Source: Candidatus Lindowbacteria bacterium RIFCSPLOWO2_12_FULL_62_27 (GTDB lineage: Bacteria > Lindowbacteria > 2-12-FULL-62-27). Taken from it: 64,000 bases of DNA. The notes beneath the pieces were generated by a model. That model did not search any database. It saw only the letters and a program-made list of their open reading frames with translations, and had not been told where the DNA came from. Location: the NCBI GenBank assembly GCA_001784175.1, contig MFPR01000006.1, forward strand, positions 1 to 64,000, read 5' to 3'. This document shows positions 1-15,000 of the stretch, piece by piece; the first letter of the stretch is position 1, and every line of letters starts with the position of its first letter. Made by a program: the position numbers and the translations under genes.

Positions 1-2
1 CC

Positions 3-3000
3 ACAAATTTCTGGAGGTACTCCATCTCCGGCAATACGTGGGAGACGAAGGCGGCCACGCCCGCCGGCGTGTCGTACGGGGGCGCGCTGGTCTATCCCGC
101 CACGGGCGACACCCTCTATGCCCTCGGCGGCAACGGCGGCAACTTCTGGGCGTATACGCTTCCCGCCGCGTATGCCGGCCCGATCTGGTACGTGAACGAC
201 ACGTCCACGTCGGGCGACTCATTCACATCCGCCGTCGGCAGTGACACCAATGAAGGGAGCGCATCCGCGCCGTTCCGCACCATCATCGCCGCGATGGCCG
301 CCGCATCCGAGGGCGATACCATCTACATCGACGCCGGCATCTACGATTCATACACGTGGGTCAGCGCGACCGAGACGGCGGGCGTGAACATCGACAAGGA
401 CTCCATCACGCTGGTCGGCAAGGACTCGGGTTCCACCATCATCGACCCGCCGGGCGCAAGCTCCATCTCGACGATGTACGGCATCTACGCCGACACGCAG
501 GTCAATCTCGTCATCCGAGGTATCGGCGTCACCGGCGCGTATCACGGAATCCGGTTCGACAACGTGGACCTATCGACCATCTCGTCGGACAGCGTCGTCT
601 CCTGCGGCGGATACGGGATGTATCTCACGTCCGGGTCTGACACCTGCACGCTGACGAACAACCGGACGGGCGGCATGTCGTACGGGATGTATATTTCGGC
701 GAGTCATTTCGCGAACATAGACAGCAACGACGTTCGAGGGAATACCCGCGGCATCTACCTCTATCAGTCGTATGTCGACACGGTGAACAACAACAACGCC
801 TCTTCGTGCAACGAGGGCATCTACTTGGACGGCGCGCGCAACTGCGTCATCTCGGGCAACACCGCAAGCGCGACGACATCGTCCGGCCTCAATCTGACGG
901 GGTCGGACACCAACACGGTGACGGGCAACAACATCTCGTCGAACACGTCCGTCGGCATCTATCTGGGGGGCGGCAGGAACAACACATTGTCGAATAACAC
1001 AGCAAATTCGAATTCAGGCGAGGGCATATATCTCTCGGGCGCCCAGCGAACCACTATGACGGGCAACACGGCCAACCAAAACGGTGGCGCGGGCGGGTTT
1101 CGAATAACCGGAAGCAGCCACTTCTGCACGATGACGGCCAACATCGCCAACTCGAACAATGTCCGGGGGGTCTATGTCGCCAGTTCGAACTCCATCGTCT
1201 TTACGGGCAACACCACCAATTCGAACGCGAACACCGGTTTCGCCATGGATGTGGTCACCGACGTCCGGGCGGCCAACAACGTCGCCAAATCGAATCTGAA
1301 CGACGGTTTCGGCATATCCTCGGTCGCCAACGGCGTGTTCGAGCAGAACACGCTGGACTCCAACGCCAAGTACCAGATCTATCTGGCCGGCGATGTCACC
1401 TCCGACACGCTGCAGAAGAACAACGTCCGGACGTCCCCGACCAATCCGGACAGCGGCGTATATGTCACGATGAACAACACGACGCAGAAGTTCACCCTCA
1501 CCCGCAACTGGTGGAACTCGACCGACACCGTCCAACTCAAGCGGATGATGTTCCACCCCGGCGGCGGCGATTCGATCATCTGGCAGCCTTTCCGTCTCGG
1601 CATCGTGGACACAACCGCGGGCGCGGACACGACGGCGCCGAAAGCGCCGGATACGGTGGCGGTGACGCCGAGCGACACGTCCCTGATCGTGTCGTGGGCG
1701 GCGGTGACGGCGCTGGAGGAGCCAAACGGTGGCGCGGTGGGGCTGGCGGGGTATCGCGTGTATCGAAGTCCGGCCATTTCCGACACGTCGCTTTGGACAC
1801 AGATCGCGCAGGTGGGGTCGACCGCGGACGGCTGGCAGGACACGAGCCCCTTTGTCGGCAAAATCTACTACTACCGCGTGACCGCCTTCGACGGCGCCTC
1901 TCCATATATAAATGAGAGCTTCTACAGCGACTCCATCCCGGGCGGCAGTGCGCCCTACACGTCGACGACCGACTGGTACGTCAACGACGGCTCGACCGCC
2001 GGCGACTCGTACACGTACGCGACGGGTTCGGACATCAGCGGCAACGGGTCGAAACAGACGCCGTTCGCGAGCATCCCGAAGGCGATGTCGGTCGCGACGG
2101 CGGGGGACACCGTCTGGATCGACGCCGGGTTGTACGACTCGTACGTCACCGTCAATGGCACGGAGACGGCGGGGGTCAACATCGACAAGGACTCGATCAC
2201 TCTCATCGGCGCCGACTCCAACGCCACCGTGATCGACCCCCCGGGGGCGAAGACACTGGCCGGACTCTACGGCATCCACGCCGACACGCAGGTCAATCTC
2301 ACGATCAAAAACATCGGCGTGACGGGGGCGCGTGAAGGCATATACCTCGTCAACGTCGACTGGTCGACCGTCACGTCGGACAGCGCCGGCGCCTGCGGCG
2401 GCGCCGGCATTTATCTGCGGGCCGGCTCCGACACCAACACGGTGACGAACAACACGACCAGTTCGAACAGTCAATACGGCATCTATCTGCGATCGAGTTC
2501 GAACAACAACACGCTGACGAACAACACGGCCCGTTCGAATTCTTTGTACGGCATCTATCTGAATACGACGTCGAACAACAACACGGTGACGAACAACATG
2601 GCCAGTTCGAATGCCGGATACGGCATCATTCTGCAATTCGGTTCGAACAACACGGTGACGAACAACACGGCCAATTCGAATTCTTTGAGCGGCATCCTTC
2701 TGACTTCGAGTTCGAACAACATGGTCATTCAAAACTCGCTGGATTCAAATCTTCAATACCAAATCCGGATAGACGTTTCATCGTCGTCCGACACCGTTCA
2801 GAAGAACAACATCCGCACGTCGCCGACCAATCCCGACAGCGGCGTGTACAACGCCACGGGCAACACGTTCGATTTCACGCGCAACTGGTGGAACACGACC
2901 GACTCCGGCCGCATCGCGCAGATGCTGTACGACACGGGCGGCGTCAATCGCATCATCTACCAGCCCTTCCGCCTCGGCGAGGTCGACACGACTGCGGGCG

Positions 3001-6000
3001 CCGACACGACCGCGCCGGACGCGCCGGATACGGTGGCCATCGTCGGAACGCCTGACACGTCGGTCATCATCGAGTGGGCGGCGGTGGGCGCGCTCGAAGA
3101 GGCCAACGGCGGCGCGGTGGGGCTGTCGGGATACCGCGTCTACAGAAGCGAGACGAAAGACACGTCGTCGTGGGTCAAGGTGGCGCAGGCGGGGTCGGGA
3201 ACGATCCGGTATCAGGACACGGATGTGATTCCCGGCCGGATTTATTACTACCGCGTGACGGCCTTTGACGCCGCCACTCCATATATGAATGAGAGCTTCT
3301 ACAGCGACTCCCAGCCCTCCGACAGCGCGAGTTTCTCCAGCGCCGTCAACTGGTACGTGAACGACACGTCCGTCACGGGCGACATCTACACGAGCGCGGC
3401 CGGTTCGGACACATCGTGGGGGCTCGGTACGGCGGCACGGCCGTTCGCATCGATCCCGCGCGCGATGCAGTTCGCGACGGACGGCGACACCATCTTCATC
3501 GACGCCGGATTGTACGACTCGTACGTGTGGGTCAGCGGGACCGAGACCGCGGGCGTCAACATCACCAAGGACTCCATCACGCTGGTCGGCAAGGACTCCG
3601 CATCAACTGTCATCGACCCGCCGGGGGCCAAGACCATCTCGACGATGTACGGCATCTACGCCGACGCGCAGATCAATCTGTTCATCCGCAACATCGGCGT
3701 GACGGGTGCGTATGACGGCATTCATTTCTACAACGTGGACTACTCGACCATCGACGGCGACAGCGCGAGTTCCTGCGGCAATTATGGCTTCCACCTGCGT
3801 ATCGGATCCGACACAAACACGGTCAGAAACAGCATGGCGGTGGCGAATACAAGCTACGGCATCAATCTGTCTTCGAGTTCGAACAACACGGTGACGAACA
3901 ACATGGCCAATTCGAATGCCTACGGCATCAATCTGTCTTCGAGTTCGAACAACACGGTGACGAACAACACGGTCAATTCGAGTACGAACTACGGCATCTA
4001 TCTGACTTCGAGTTCGAATGCCAACACGCTGACGAACAACACGGCCAGTTCGAATCCCAACACCGGCATCTATCTGGTTTCGAGTTCGAACAACACGCTG
4101 ACGAACAACACGGCGAATTCGACCGGCGGCTCCGGCATCCGTCTGCAATCGAGTTCGAACAACACGCTGACGAACAACACGACCAAGTCGAATTCGAGCC
4201 ACGGCATCCATCTGTCTTCGAGTTCGGACGCCAACACGCTGACGAACAACACGGCCAGTTCGAGTGGCTTGTACGGCATCTATCTGTCTTCCAGTTCGAA
4301 CAACACGGTCGTTCAGAACGATGTCAGAAATAATGCCAGATATCAGGTCTATATTGACGGCACGTCCTCCTCCGATACCGTCCAGAAGAACAACCTCGTG
4401 ATGTCAGGGACGAATCCGGACAGCGGCGTCTACAACAGCACCACCAACACGTTCGATTTCGCGCGCAACTGGTGGAACACGGTGGACACGGTGGCCATCG
4501 GGCGCAAGATGTTCGATACGGGCTACGTCAACCGCATCGGATACACGCCGTTTCGCCTTGGCGAGGTCGACACGACGGCAGGCGCGGACACGACCGCGCC
4601 GAAAGCGCCGGACACGGTGGCGGTGACGCCGAGCGACACGAGCCTGATTGTGTCATGGTCGGCGGTGACGGCGCTGGAGGAGGCCAACGGCGGGGCGGTG
4701 GGTCTGGCGGGGTATCGCGTTTATCGAAGTCCGGCCATTACCGACACGTCTCTTTGGACGAAGGCGGCAGAGGTCGGCTCGGGCGTCACGCAGTGGCAGG
4801 ACACGAGCCCCTTTGTCGGCAAAGTCTATTACTACCGCGTGACGGCATTTGACGCCGCCTCTCCATATATTAATGAGAGCTTCTACAGCGACTCCATCCC
4901 GGGCGACAGCGCGCCGTACACGTCGACGACCGACTGGTACGTCAACGACGGTTCGACCGCCGGCGATTCGTACACGTACGCGACGGGTTCGGACATCAGC
5001 GGCAACGGCTCGAAACAGACGCCGTTTGCGAGCATCCCGAAGGCGATGTCGGTTGCCACCGCCGGGGACACGATCTTCATCGACGCGGGCCTGTACGATT
5101 CGTTTGTCACTGTGAACGGCACGGAGACCGTCGGTGTGAACATCGACAAGGACTCGATCACTCTCCTCGGCGCGGACTCAAACGCGACGGTGATCGACCC
5201 GCCGGGTTCTGCGTCGACGAACGGACTGTACGGAATATACGCTGACACACAGACGAATCTGCGAATACAGAACCTCGGCGTGACGGGGGCGTATGACGGG
5301 GTCAGATTCGTTAACGTCGATCTTTCAACCGTATCCGGCGACAGCATCTGTGACAACGGCAGAAACGGCATATATCTTCTGAACGGTTCCGACAACGACG
5401 CGATTACGAACAACACCATCGTTTCGAATTCAACCAACGGCATCTACCTGTTATCGAGCCTTGGCAGTACGGTCAGCGGCAACACGGCAAATTCGAACGG
5501 TGGAGGCCGCGGCATCCTACTGCAGACCAGTTCGATGAGCACGGTGAGCAACAATACGTTCAGTTCGAATGGGCAGGACGGCATATCCCTGCAGACCAAC
5601 GCCGAAACCAATACGGTGAGCAATAATACGATCAGTTTAAATGCGGTCTACGGCATCTACGTGCTCGGATGCACCGGCAACACGGTGATCGGCAACACGG
5701 TCACTTCAAATGGGAACAAAGGCATATATCTACTAAACGCAAGCGTCAACACGCTGGCCGGCAACATGGTCTCCCTCCATGGCTCCCCCGGCATCGATCT
5801 GTCGTCATCCTCCAATCAGAACGTGATACGCAACAACAGGGTCGTTTCAAACCAATATGGCATCAGGTTCTGGCGAAGTTCGTACAACAGGGTAATTGAG
5901 AACACGATCGATTCCAACACGACGTATCAGGTCCACATCGACCATGGAAGCGGATCTGACACCACGATGAAGAACAACATCATCCCGTCTCCGGCCAACC

Positions 6001-9000
6001 CTGACAGCGGTGTACTCAACACCACGGGTAGCTCGATCGACATGACGCGCAACTGGTGGGGCACGACGGACACGGGCCGCATCGGGCAGATGATGTACGA
6101 CACAGGCGGCGTGAACCGAATCCTGTATACGCCGTTCCGCCTCGGCGCGGTCGACACGGCCGCGGGCGCGGACACGACCGCGCCTGACGCGCCGGATACG
6201 GTGGCGGTGGCGCCAAGCGACACGAGCCTGATTGTGTCATGGTCGGCGGTGACGGCGCTGGAGGAAGCCAATGGCGGGGCGGTGGGTCTGGCGGGGTATC
6301 GCGTTTATCGAAGTCCGGCCATTTCCGACACGTCTCTTTGGACGAAGGCGGCAGAGGTCGGCTCGGGCGTCACGCAGTGGCAGGACACGAGCCCCTTTGT
6401 GGGCAAAGTCTACTATTACCGCGTGACCGCCTTCGACGCCGCCTCTCCGTATATGGATGAGAGCTTCTACAGCGACTCCATCCCGGGCGACAGCGCGCCC
6501 TACACGTCGCAGACCGACTGGTACGTCAATGACGGCTCGACCGCCGGCGACTCGTACACGTACGCGACAGGTTCGGACGTGAGCGGCAACGGGTCGAAAC
6601 AGACGCCGTTCGCGAGCATCCCGAAGGCGATGTCGGTTGCCACGTCCGGCGACACCATCTGGATAGACGCGGGATTCTACAACAGTATCGACACCTTCAG
6701 TGCCGGCTCGGAAACGTCTGTCGTCACCGTAACCCGGGACACGATCGCATTGATCGGCAAAGACTCGAATGCGACGGTACTGGATCCTCCGGGGCCGAAG
6801 ACGCAATCGGGGCTGTACGGCGTGATTGTCAGCGGGCGTACGGGCGCAACCATCCGGAACCTCGGCGTCACGGGCGCGTACATGGGAATCCGTATCCAGA
6901 GTTCGGCCCTGTGCGCCGTGGACGCTGACAGCGCCTGCGCCAACGGCAGTGTCGGAATTTATCTGTTGAACGCCGCCGCCCGGCAGAATACCGTCACAAA
7001 CTGCGTGGTGGACGGAAACACCACATCGGGCATCGAAGTATCCTCCAGTGCGAGCGCCAACACCATCCAGAACAACATCTGCAATTCAAATTCGGTCAGC
7101 GGCATCCGGCTGACGTCGAGCGTGACCAATACGGTGGTGGCGGGGAACACGGTCAATTCCAATACATACCAGGGCATTTACATCCAATCGTCGGACAGCA
7201 ATACGATCCGGCACAACACGGTCGTGTCAAATCCGAGTATCGGGATCCGGTTAAGCAGCGGGTCGAACTACAACGTCATCTACCAGAATCAGATCACCGG
7301 CAACGACACCGGGATCAAAATCTCTGACACGTCGTCTCTCAACCTCATCGCCAGGAACAACCTCCACGGGAACACGACGTCCAACCTCGAGAATGCGGGT
7401 GGGCAATCCCAGACGACCGCAAGGAACTGGTGGGGTTCCACCGACTCCGTCGCGATTGCGGCGAAGATCAGCGACACGGCCAGCGCGTGGCAGCCCTACC
7501 GCCTCGGCGTCGTGGACACGGCCGCGGGCGCGGACACGGTGGCGCCGCTCGCGCCGGACACGGTGGCGGCGAGCGCGACGGCGGGCGCAGGGACGGTGCT
7601 CGTCACGTGGAGCGCGGTGACTGCGAACGAGGACGGCATTGCTGGCGCGGCTGGGGTGGCGCAGTATCGCGTGTATCGCGCGGGCGTGGCGGACACGTCG
7701 AGCTGGACGCTCGTCGGCACACCCACGGGCACGTCGTTCACGGATTCGGGGATGGCGTTTGGGACGACGTACTACTACCGCGTGACCGCGCGGGACGGCG
7801 CGGCGTTTCCGAACGAGTCGTACTACTCCGACTCCGTCGCCGGCGCCACGCCGTCCGGATTTACAAAGGCGGCGGAGCCGATGGGCGCCAACGAGGGGGT
7901 CGGTGACTATTCATCCATCCAGTGGGGCGATTACGACAACGACGGCGACCTCGACCTTGCCGTTTCGGGTAGGAACAACAATGTTGGCGGGAACTACTAT
8001 GAGTTGGACATCTATCGGAACAACGGGGGCAACAGTTTCACGGACGTGGCGGAACCGCTGGGCGCCAACTATGGGCTGTATATGCGTTCTTCCGTCCAGT
8101 GGGGCGATTACGATAACGACGGCGACCTCGATCTTGCCGTGTCGGGATATACTACGCAACCCGCCACAGCCGTTCGATTGATCGTCTATCGGAACGACGG
8201 GGGCGGCAGTTTTACGAACGTGGCCGAGCCGCTTGGCGCCGGCGCCGGTCTACGGGAGAGCTCCATCCAGTGGGCCGATCACGATAATGACGGCGACCTC
8301 GACCTTGCCGTGTCGGGATGGGATGGAACCTTCAGGCGATTGATCATCTATCGAAACAACGGGGCAGGCAGTTTCACGAACATGGTCGAGCCGCTGGGCG
8401 CCAACGCGGGGGTGGATCAGGGTTCCATCCAGTGGGGCGATTACGACAATGACGGCGACCTCGACCTTGCCGTGTCGGGATGGGATGGCGCAAACCATAG
8501 ATTCATCATCTATCGAAACAACGGGGGCGGAAGTTTCACGAACGCGGCGGAGCCGCTGGGCGCCAACTCGGGGGTATACTTGAGTTCCATCCAGTGGGGC
8601 GATTACGACAACGACGGCGATCTTGATCTTGCGGTTTCAGGCGCCGGCACTGCCAATCGATTGGTCATCTATCGGAACGATGGCGGAGGCAGTTTCACGA
8701 ACGCGGCGGAGCCGAGGGGCGTCAACGCGGGGTTCATTAGAAGTTCCATCCAGTGGGGCGATTACGACAATGACGGCGACCTCGACCTTGCCGTGTCGGG
8801 AGATGATGGCTCAAACTATCGACTCATCGTCTATCGGAACGACGGCGGGAACATTTTCACGAACGCGGCGGAACCCATGGGCGCCAACAAGGGGGTGGAG
8901 CAGGGTTCCATCCATTGGGGCGATTATGACAACGACGGCGACCTCGACCTTGCCGTGTCGGGAAATGATCTCACAAGGAAGCGATTGATCATCTACCGCA

Positions 9001-12000
9001 ACGACGGCATCGCATCGCCCAATCAGCGGCCTTCCGCGCCGACGACGAACTACCCCAAAGGCGCATCATTCGCGCAAGGCGACACCGTGGCGTTCCGCTG
9101 GACGAAAGTCTCAACCGACACGACGCCCGACACCGGCATGACGTACAACCTGCGCGTGGGGACGGCGAGCGGCAAATGCGACATCGTCGCCGCCGATACG
9201 AACAGCGCCGATTCGGTCGGCCACGCCCCACTCGGCAACGTCCAGAACGACACGTCGGCGGTTCTCGTGAAAACGTTGACCGTCGGGCAAACCTATTACT
9301 GGTCGGTTCAGGCTGTGGACGGCGCGATGATGCGTTCGCCGTGGGCGAGCGAGGAGACCTTCGCGGTGACGCTCGCGCCCAACACGAGCGGCGAGTGGTA
9401 CGTGAACGACGCGTCCACCGCCGGCGATTCGTTCAGCACAGCCGCCGGCTCCGACACGTCCAACAACGGCACGCCGACCTATCCGTACCGCACGATCACG
9501 TACGCGCTCTCGCAGGCCAAATCGGGCGACACGATCTACATCGACGCCGGGACGTACGCCGAAACCGTCGTCATCGATACGGACAACGTCGCGCTCATAG
9601 GCAAGGATTCCGGCGCTGCGGTCATTGATCCGCCCGGGGCGGCGGGGACGGCGGGGCTGTACGGCATCTACGCCGACACGCAGATCGGGCTCACGATCAA
9701 GAACCTCGGCGTGACGGGAGCTTACAACGGCATCCGGTTCGACAACGTCGATCTGTCGACGCTGGATCAGGACAGCGTGTCGTCCTGCGGCGCCAGCGGG
9801 ATTTATCTTCTGAACGGCTCCGACACGAACACGGTCAGCGCCTGCATGGCCAACGCCAATGCGGACAACGGGATTTATCTGCAGGCGAGCTGCGGCAACA
9901 GTTTCGGCGGCAACACCGCCAATTCGAACGGGACCGACGGCTTTGAAATCGCCGACAACTCGAACAACAACACTTTCACGGACAACATCGCCGGTTACAA
10001 CCCCGAAGTCGGCATTTTCATCAACCTGTCGTCGAACAACATCATCAAGCGGAATACGACGATCTCGAACAGCCAGAGCGGGATCTGGATCGACACCGGT
10101 TCCGGCAACCTCGTCTCTCGCAATCTGGTCCTGGCGAATGGATGGTCCGGCATCGGGCTGGACAATTCCGGTGCGAATGTGGTGCGCGGAAACGAAATCA
10201 GAGGCAGTGACACCGGCCTGTATATCGCGGGGTCGTCGAGTTCCAATTACATTTCAAGAAACAACATTTTCTCGAACAACGCCAGCAATATTTTGAACCT
10301 CGCCGGTCTCGCGCAGTCGACCCTGACCCGCAACTGGTTCGGGACGGCCGATTCGGCGGCGATCGCGGCCAAAATCAGCGACACGGCGAACGCGTGGCAG
10401 CCCTACCGCCTCGGCATCGTCGACACGGCCGCGGGCGCGGACACGGTGGCGCCGAACGACCCGGAGACGGTGGCGGCGAGCGCGGCGTCGGGCGCCGGGA
10501 CGGTGCTCGTCACGTGGAGCGCGGTGACGGCGAACGAGGACGGCATTGCTGGCGCGGCGGGCGTGGCGCAGTATCGCGTGTATCGCGCGGCGGTGGCCGA
10601 CACGTCGAGCTGGACGCTCGTCGGCATACCCACGGGCACGGCGTTCACGGACTCGGGAATGACGCTCGGCACGACATACTACTACCGCGTGACCGCGTGG
10701 GACGGCGCGACATTCCCGAACGAGTCGTACTACTCCGACTCGGTCGTCAGCGCCACGCCGACGGGGTGGACAAAGGCGGCCGAGCCGATGGGCGCGAACG
10801 CGGGGGTTTATTACAGTTCCATCCAGTGGGGCGATTACGACAACGACGGGGACCTGGACCTTGCGGTGTCGGGAGATGACGGCACAAACAAACGATTGAT
10901 CATCTATCGGAACAATGGAGGAGGAAGTTTCACGAACGTGTCGGAGCCGATGGGCGCGAACGCGGGGGTGTATTATGGTTCGATCGAGTGGGGCGATTAC
11001 GACAACGACGGGGACCTGGACCTTGCGGTGTCGGGAACAATTGATAACGGCACAAACAAACGATTGATCATCTATCGGAACAACGGCGGGGGAAGTTTCA
11101 CGAATGTGTCGGAGCCGATGGGCGCGAACGCGGGGGTGTATTATAGTTCGATCGAGTGGGGCGATTACGACAACGACGGGGACCTGGACCTAGCGGTGTC
11201 GGGATACGATAACAGCACAAACTACCGATTGATCCTCTACCGCAACGACGGCATCGCCACGCCGAACGTCCGGCCCAACGCGCCGGCGCTGAATTATCCC
11301 AAAGGCGACACGGTCGCTGGGGGCGACACCGTGACGTTCCGGTGGACGAAAGTTTCAAGCGACACGACGCCGGATACCGGCATGACGTACAACCTGCGGG
11401 TGGGGACGGCGAGCGGCAAGGCCGACATCTTCGCCGCCGACACGAACAGCGCCGATTCCGTCGGCCACGCCCCACTCGGCAACGTCCAGAACGACACGTA
11501 CGCGTATCTTGTCGGGGCGAATAATAATTCGCCCCTACCGTTTGGAACATATTACTGGTCGGTGCAGGCCGTGGACGGCGCGATGATGCGGAGCGCGTGG
11601 GCGACGGAGGAAACCTTTGCGGTGACTCCGGGACCGAACACGGGCGGCAAGTGGTACGTGAACGATGCGTCCACGACCGGCGACTCATTCACCACCGCCG
11701 CCGGTTCGGACAATTCGCTGACGAACAACGGCAGCGCCTCGCTTCCCTACAGCACGATCACGAAAGCTCTCTCGCAGGCCAAGTCTGGCGACACGATCTT
11801 CATCGACGCCGGCCTCTACTCCGAAACCGTCGTCATCGACAGCGACTTCGTCGCCCTGATCGGTAAAGATTCGAACGCGACCGTCATCGATCCGCCGGGG
11901 GCGAAGACGACGAGCGGCCTCTACGGCATCTACGCGGACACGCAGACGGGGCTTCTCATCAAAAACCTCGGCGTGACGGGGGCGTATTACGGAATCTATT

Positions 12001-15000
12001 TCAGCAACGTGGACATATCCACGATCACCGGCGACAGCTTATGCTCCAACGGGCAATCCGGCATCAATCTACTCACCGGCTCGGACACCAACACGATCTT
12101 GGGCAACATCGCGGACTTCAACTCCGGCCGGGCCATCCGGCTGGACGCAAGCTCCTTCAACACCATCAGCGGCAACACGGCCGACAGCAACACGCAGGAG
12201 GGCATCGGGATATACCAGGGGTCGAAGAACAACACGATCAGCGGCAACACAACCAACAACAACATCGGCGGCATCAGTCTCTCTGCGAGTTCGTACAACG
12301 CCATCAGCGGCAATACCGCCGCCTACAATACAGGGAACGGGATTTCTCTGTCCTCCAGCTCGAACAACACGTTGAGCAATAATACCTGCACGTCGAACCT
12401 CTCCCACGGACTCGGAGTGCAAGGCGGGTCGGATACAAACACGGCGGCCGACAACACGATCCTTTCAAACTCCCAGAACGGGATATTCCTGTCTTCCAAC
12501 GCCAACGGAAATGTTTTCAGCGGCAACTCCATCCGTTTAAACGGACAGGACGGCATCGCCGCCCAATCCTCTTCGAACGGAAACTTTTTCCGCAATAATC
12601 TGATCCAGTCCAATACGCGCTCGGGAATCCGGATCGAGGCGAACGGCAACGAAGTCCATCAAAACGACATCTCCGGAAACGACACCGGCATCCGGATCGA
12701 ACTGTCTTCGTCGGGAAATGTCATCACCAAAAACAATCTGGCCGCAAACAACGTCAACCATGTTTACAATCCGTCCGGCAATTCCCAGACGCTGACCCGC
12801 AACTGGTTCGGGTCGACGGACGAGTCTGCCGTGAGCGCAAAGATCACCGATGCGGCTTCGACGTGGCGGCCCTACCGCCTCGGTGTTGTGGACACGGCTA
12901 CAGGCGCCGACACAACCGCCCCCGCGCCGCCGGCCGGGGTGACGCTGAACGCTTCCACGCCTGGGCAGATCACGGTGACGTGGACGAATCCTGCGACGAA
13001 TGAGGAGACGAACGGCGGCGCGGTGGGGTTTGCGGGCGTTCGGATTTACCGCCTGCGAAACGCCGTCGACACGACGCATTGGGCAAGCGCCCTCGCGTTC
13101 ACGACGACCGGCGCGAAATCGGACTGGGACGACACGGGCGCCAACGATGGTGCGACGTACTATTATCGCCTGACCTCGCGCGACGCGGCGGCGTTTCCGA
13201 ACGAGTCATGGTTCACCGACACGGTGTGGGCGGCGTCCGTCGCCCTCGCGCCGGAGACGATCTCGCTGGTTTCGGGCAATCACCAACTGGCGGCCGCGGG
13301 CGAGTCGTGCGGGGCGCCTTTGAAGGTGCGCGTGGTCGATCAAAACGGCAATCCCATCGCGTCGGAAACCGTCGTGTTATCCATTTCGTATCCGTCGGGT
13401 GGAGCGCTCACGTCGAGCGGGGCGCATCTGGGGACGATCAGCGGTCAGACCAGCACGACCGTGCTCACCGACACGGACGGCTATGTTGGCGATGGACTCG
13501 TCGTCGGCACGACCGGCGACGTCTACCGCGTGGAGGCGGAACTTGGCCGCGCGCCGGCGAAGGCCGTCACGTTCACCGCCTACGCGGACGGCCGGGACGC
13601 GCCCGATTCAAGCTGGCGGATGATGGGCGTGAACAAGCGGCTGTTCGACACTGTCACGGCGCCCTCGACTCTGCTTCACGCCGACCTCGGCGCGGGCACG
13701 CTGATCTATGAATGGCTGGCGAACGCGAACACGAACAGCTCCCTCAACAACTCGCGGTACTACGCGCCGTCCGAGATCGAGCGCGGCGACGCGTACTGGA
13801 TCAAACCCGGCGACGCGGGCGCGCAGAGGTGGGTGATCGACGAGGGGACGCAGGGCGAGGCCGGGTTCGACACGGTGGCCATCGCGCTCGACGCAGACAA
13901 CGGCGGCTGGAACCAGATCGCGTCGGGGCAGTATTTCTATGTGGACTGGCAAAAATCCGTGATGGTCGACACGGGGTTGCCGGCGTCCGGCCCGCAGGAC
14001 GACGCGTGGGTGAGCAATTATCTCTGCCACATGATCAGCGTCGACTCCGCGCATGCGGCCGGCGTCCTGAGCAAGATTCTGTATTGGTACGACGGCACGC
14101 AGTATCTGTGGGGCCCGAACACGCTGGCGTCCCCGAGCGGCGCGATCGTGGACGACACGTCGACCGTGCCGGGCGTTCAGATGAAACCGATGGTGGGGTT
14201 CTGGGTCAAGGCCAGTCAGGCCTGCACGCTATGGGTGCTACCGAACCCGGCGGAGGTTGCGGATACTGCCACCGTCATTTTGCAGCAAGCCCCGCGGCTT
14301 CTTTCCGCCGTGTACGGCAAGGTGGCCGCCTCCGAGAATGACTGGGCGATTCAGCTCATGGCGTCGGGCGGCGGGAAAACCGACGCGCAGAATTACGTGG
14401 GGGTGAAGCCAGGAGCAGCAGCAGCGCGGCTGGCGAGCGTGTACGAGCCGCCGCCGGCGGCGGGGGGATACGTGGCGGTGGCGGTGAGGCCCTCACCCCA
14501 ACCCTCTCCCGCAAGCGGGAGAGGGGGTGAGGACGCATGGATGGCCGCGGCGTTTACGGAACCCGTGGCGGCTGCGGACGCGAAAACCGCCGGCCGGTCC
14601 TGGGACGTTCTCGTGGCCTCCGACTTCGGCGGGCCTGTCACTCTCGCCTGGGACAACGTCCCAAACCTTCCGCACACCTACGAGGCGTATCTCGTTGGCG
14701 CCCCGGCCGGCCCCGTGAATCTGCGCCAATCGTCATCTCTGGTTTTAAAATCCGAAATCCAAAATCCAAAATCCAAAATCTCATTGACCTTGGCCGTGGG
14801 CCTGCCCGAATACCTCGCGCCCTTTTTAGCCCCGCCGTTCTCGAAGGAAAACGCCTTCGTCTATCCCAATCCCGGCCCGGACGGCGCAACGCAAACGATG
14901 ACGTTCAAGTGGGGTCCGACGGCGACGGGCGAGGTCAAGCTGAAAATCTTCGACGTGGGCGGGCGGCTGGTAAAGGAGTTCTCGGCCGACGCCGCGGCGC

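Noticed and set aside
116-14889. Many alternative-frame and antisense ORFs over the giant gene, e.g. 1014-2732 (-)
   Set aside because: Shadows of a repetitive GC-rich CDS with no family motifs.
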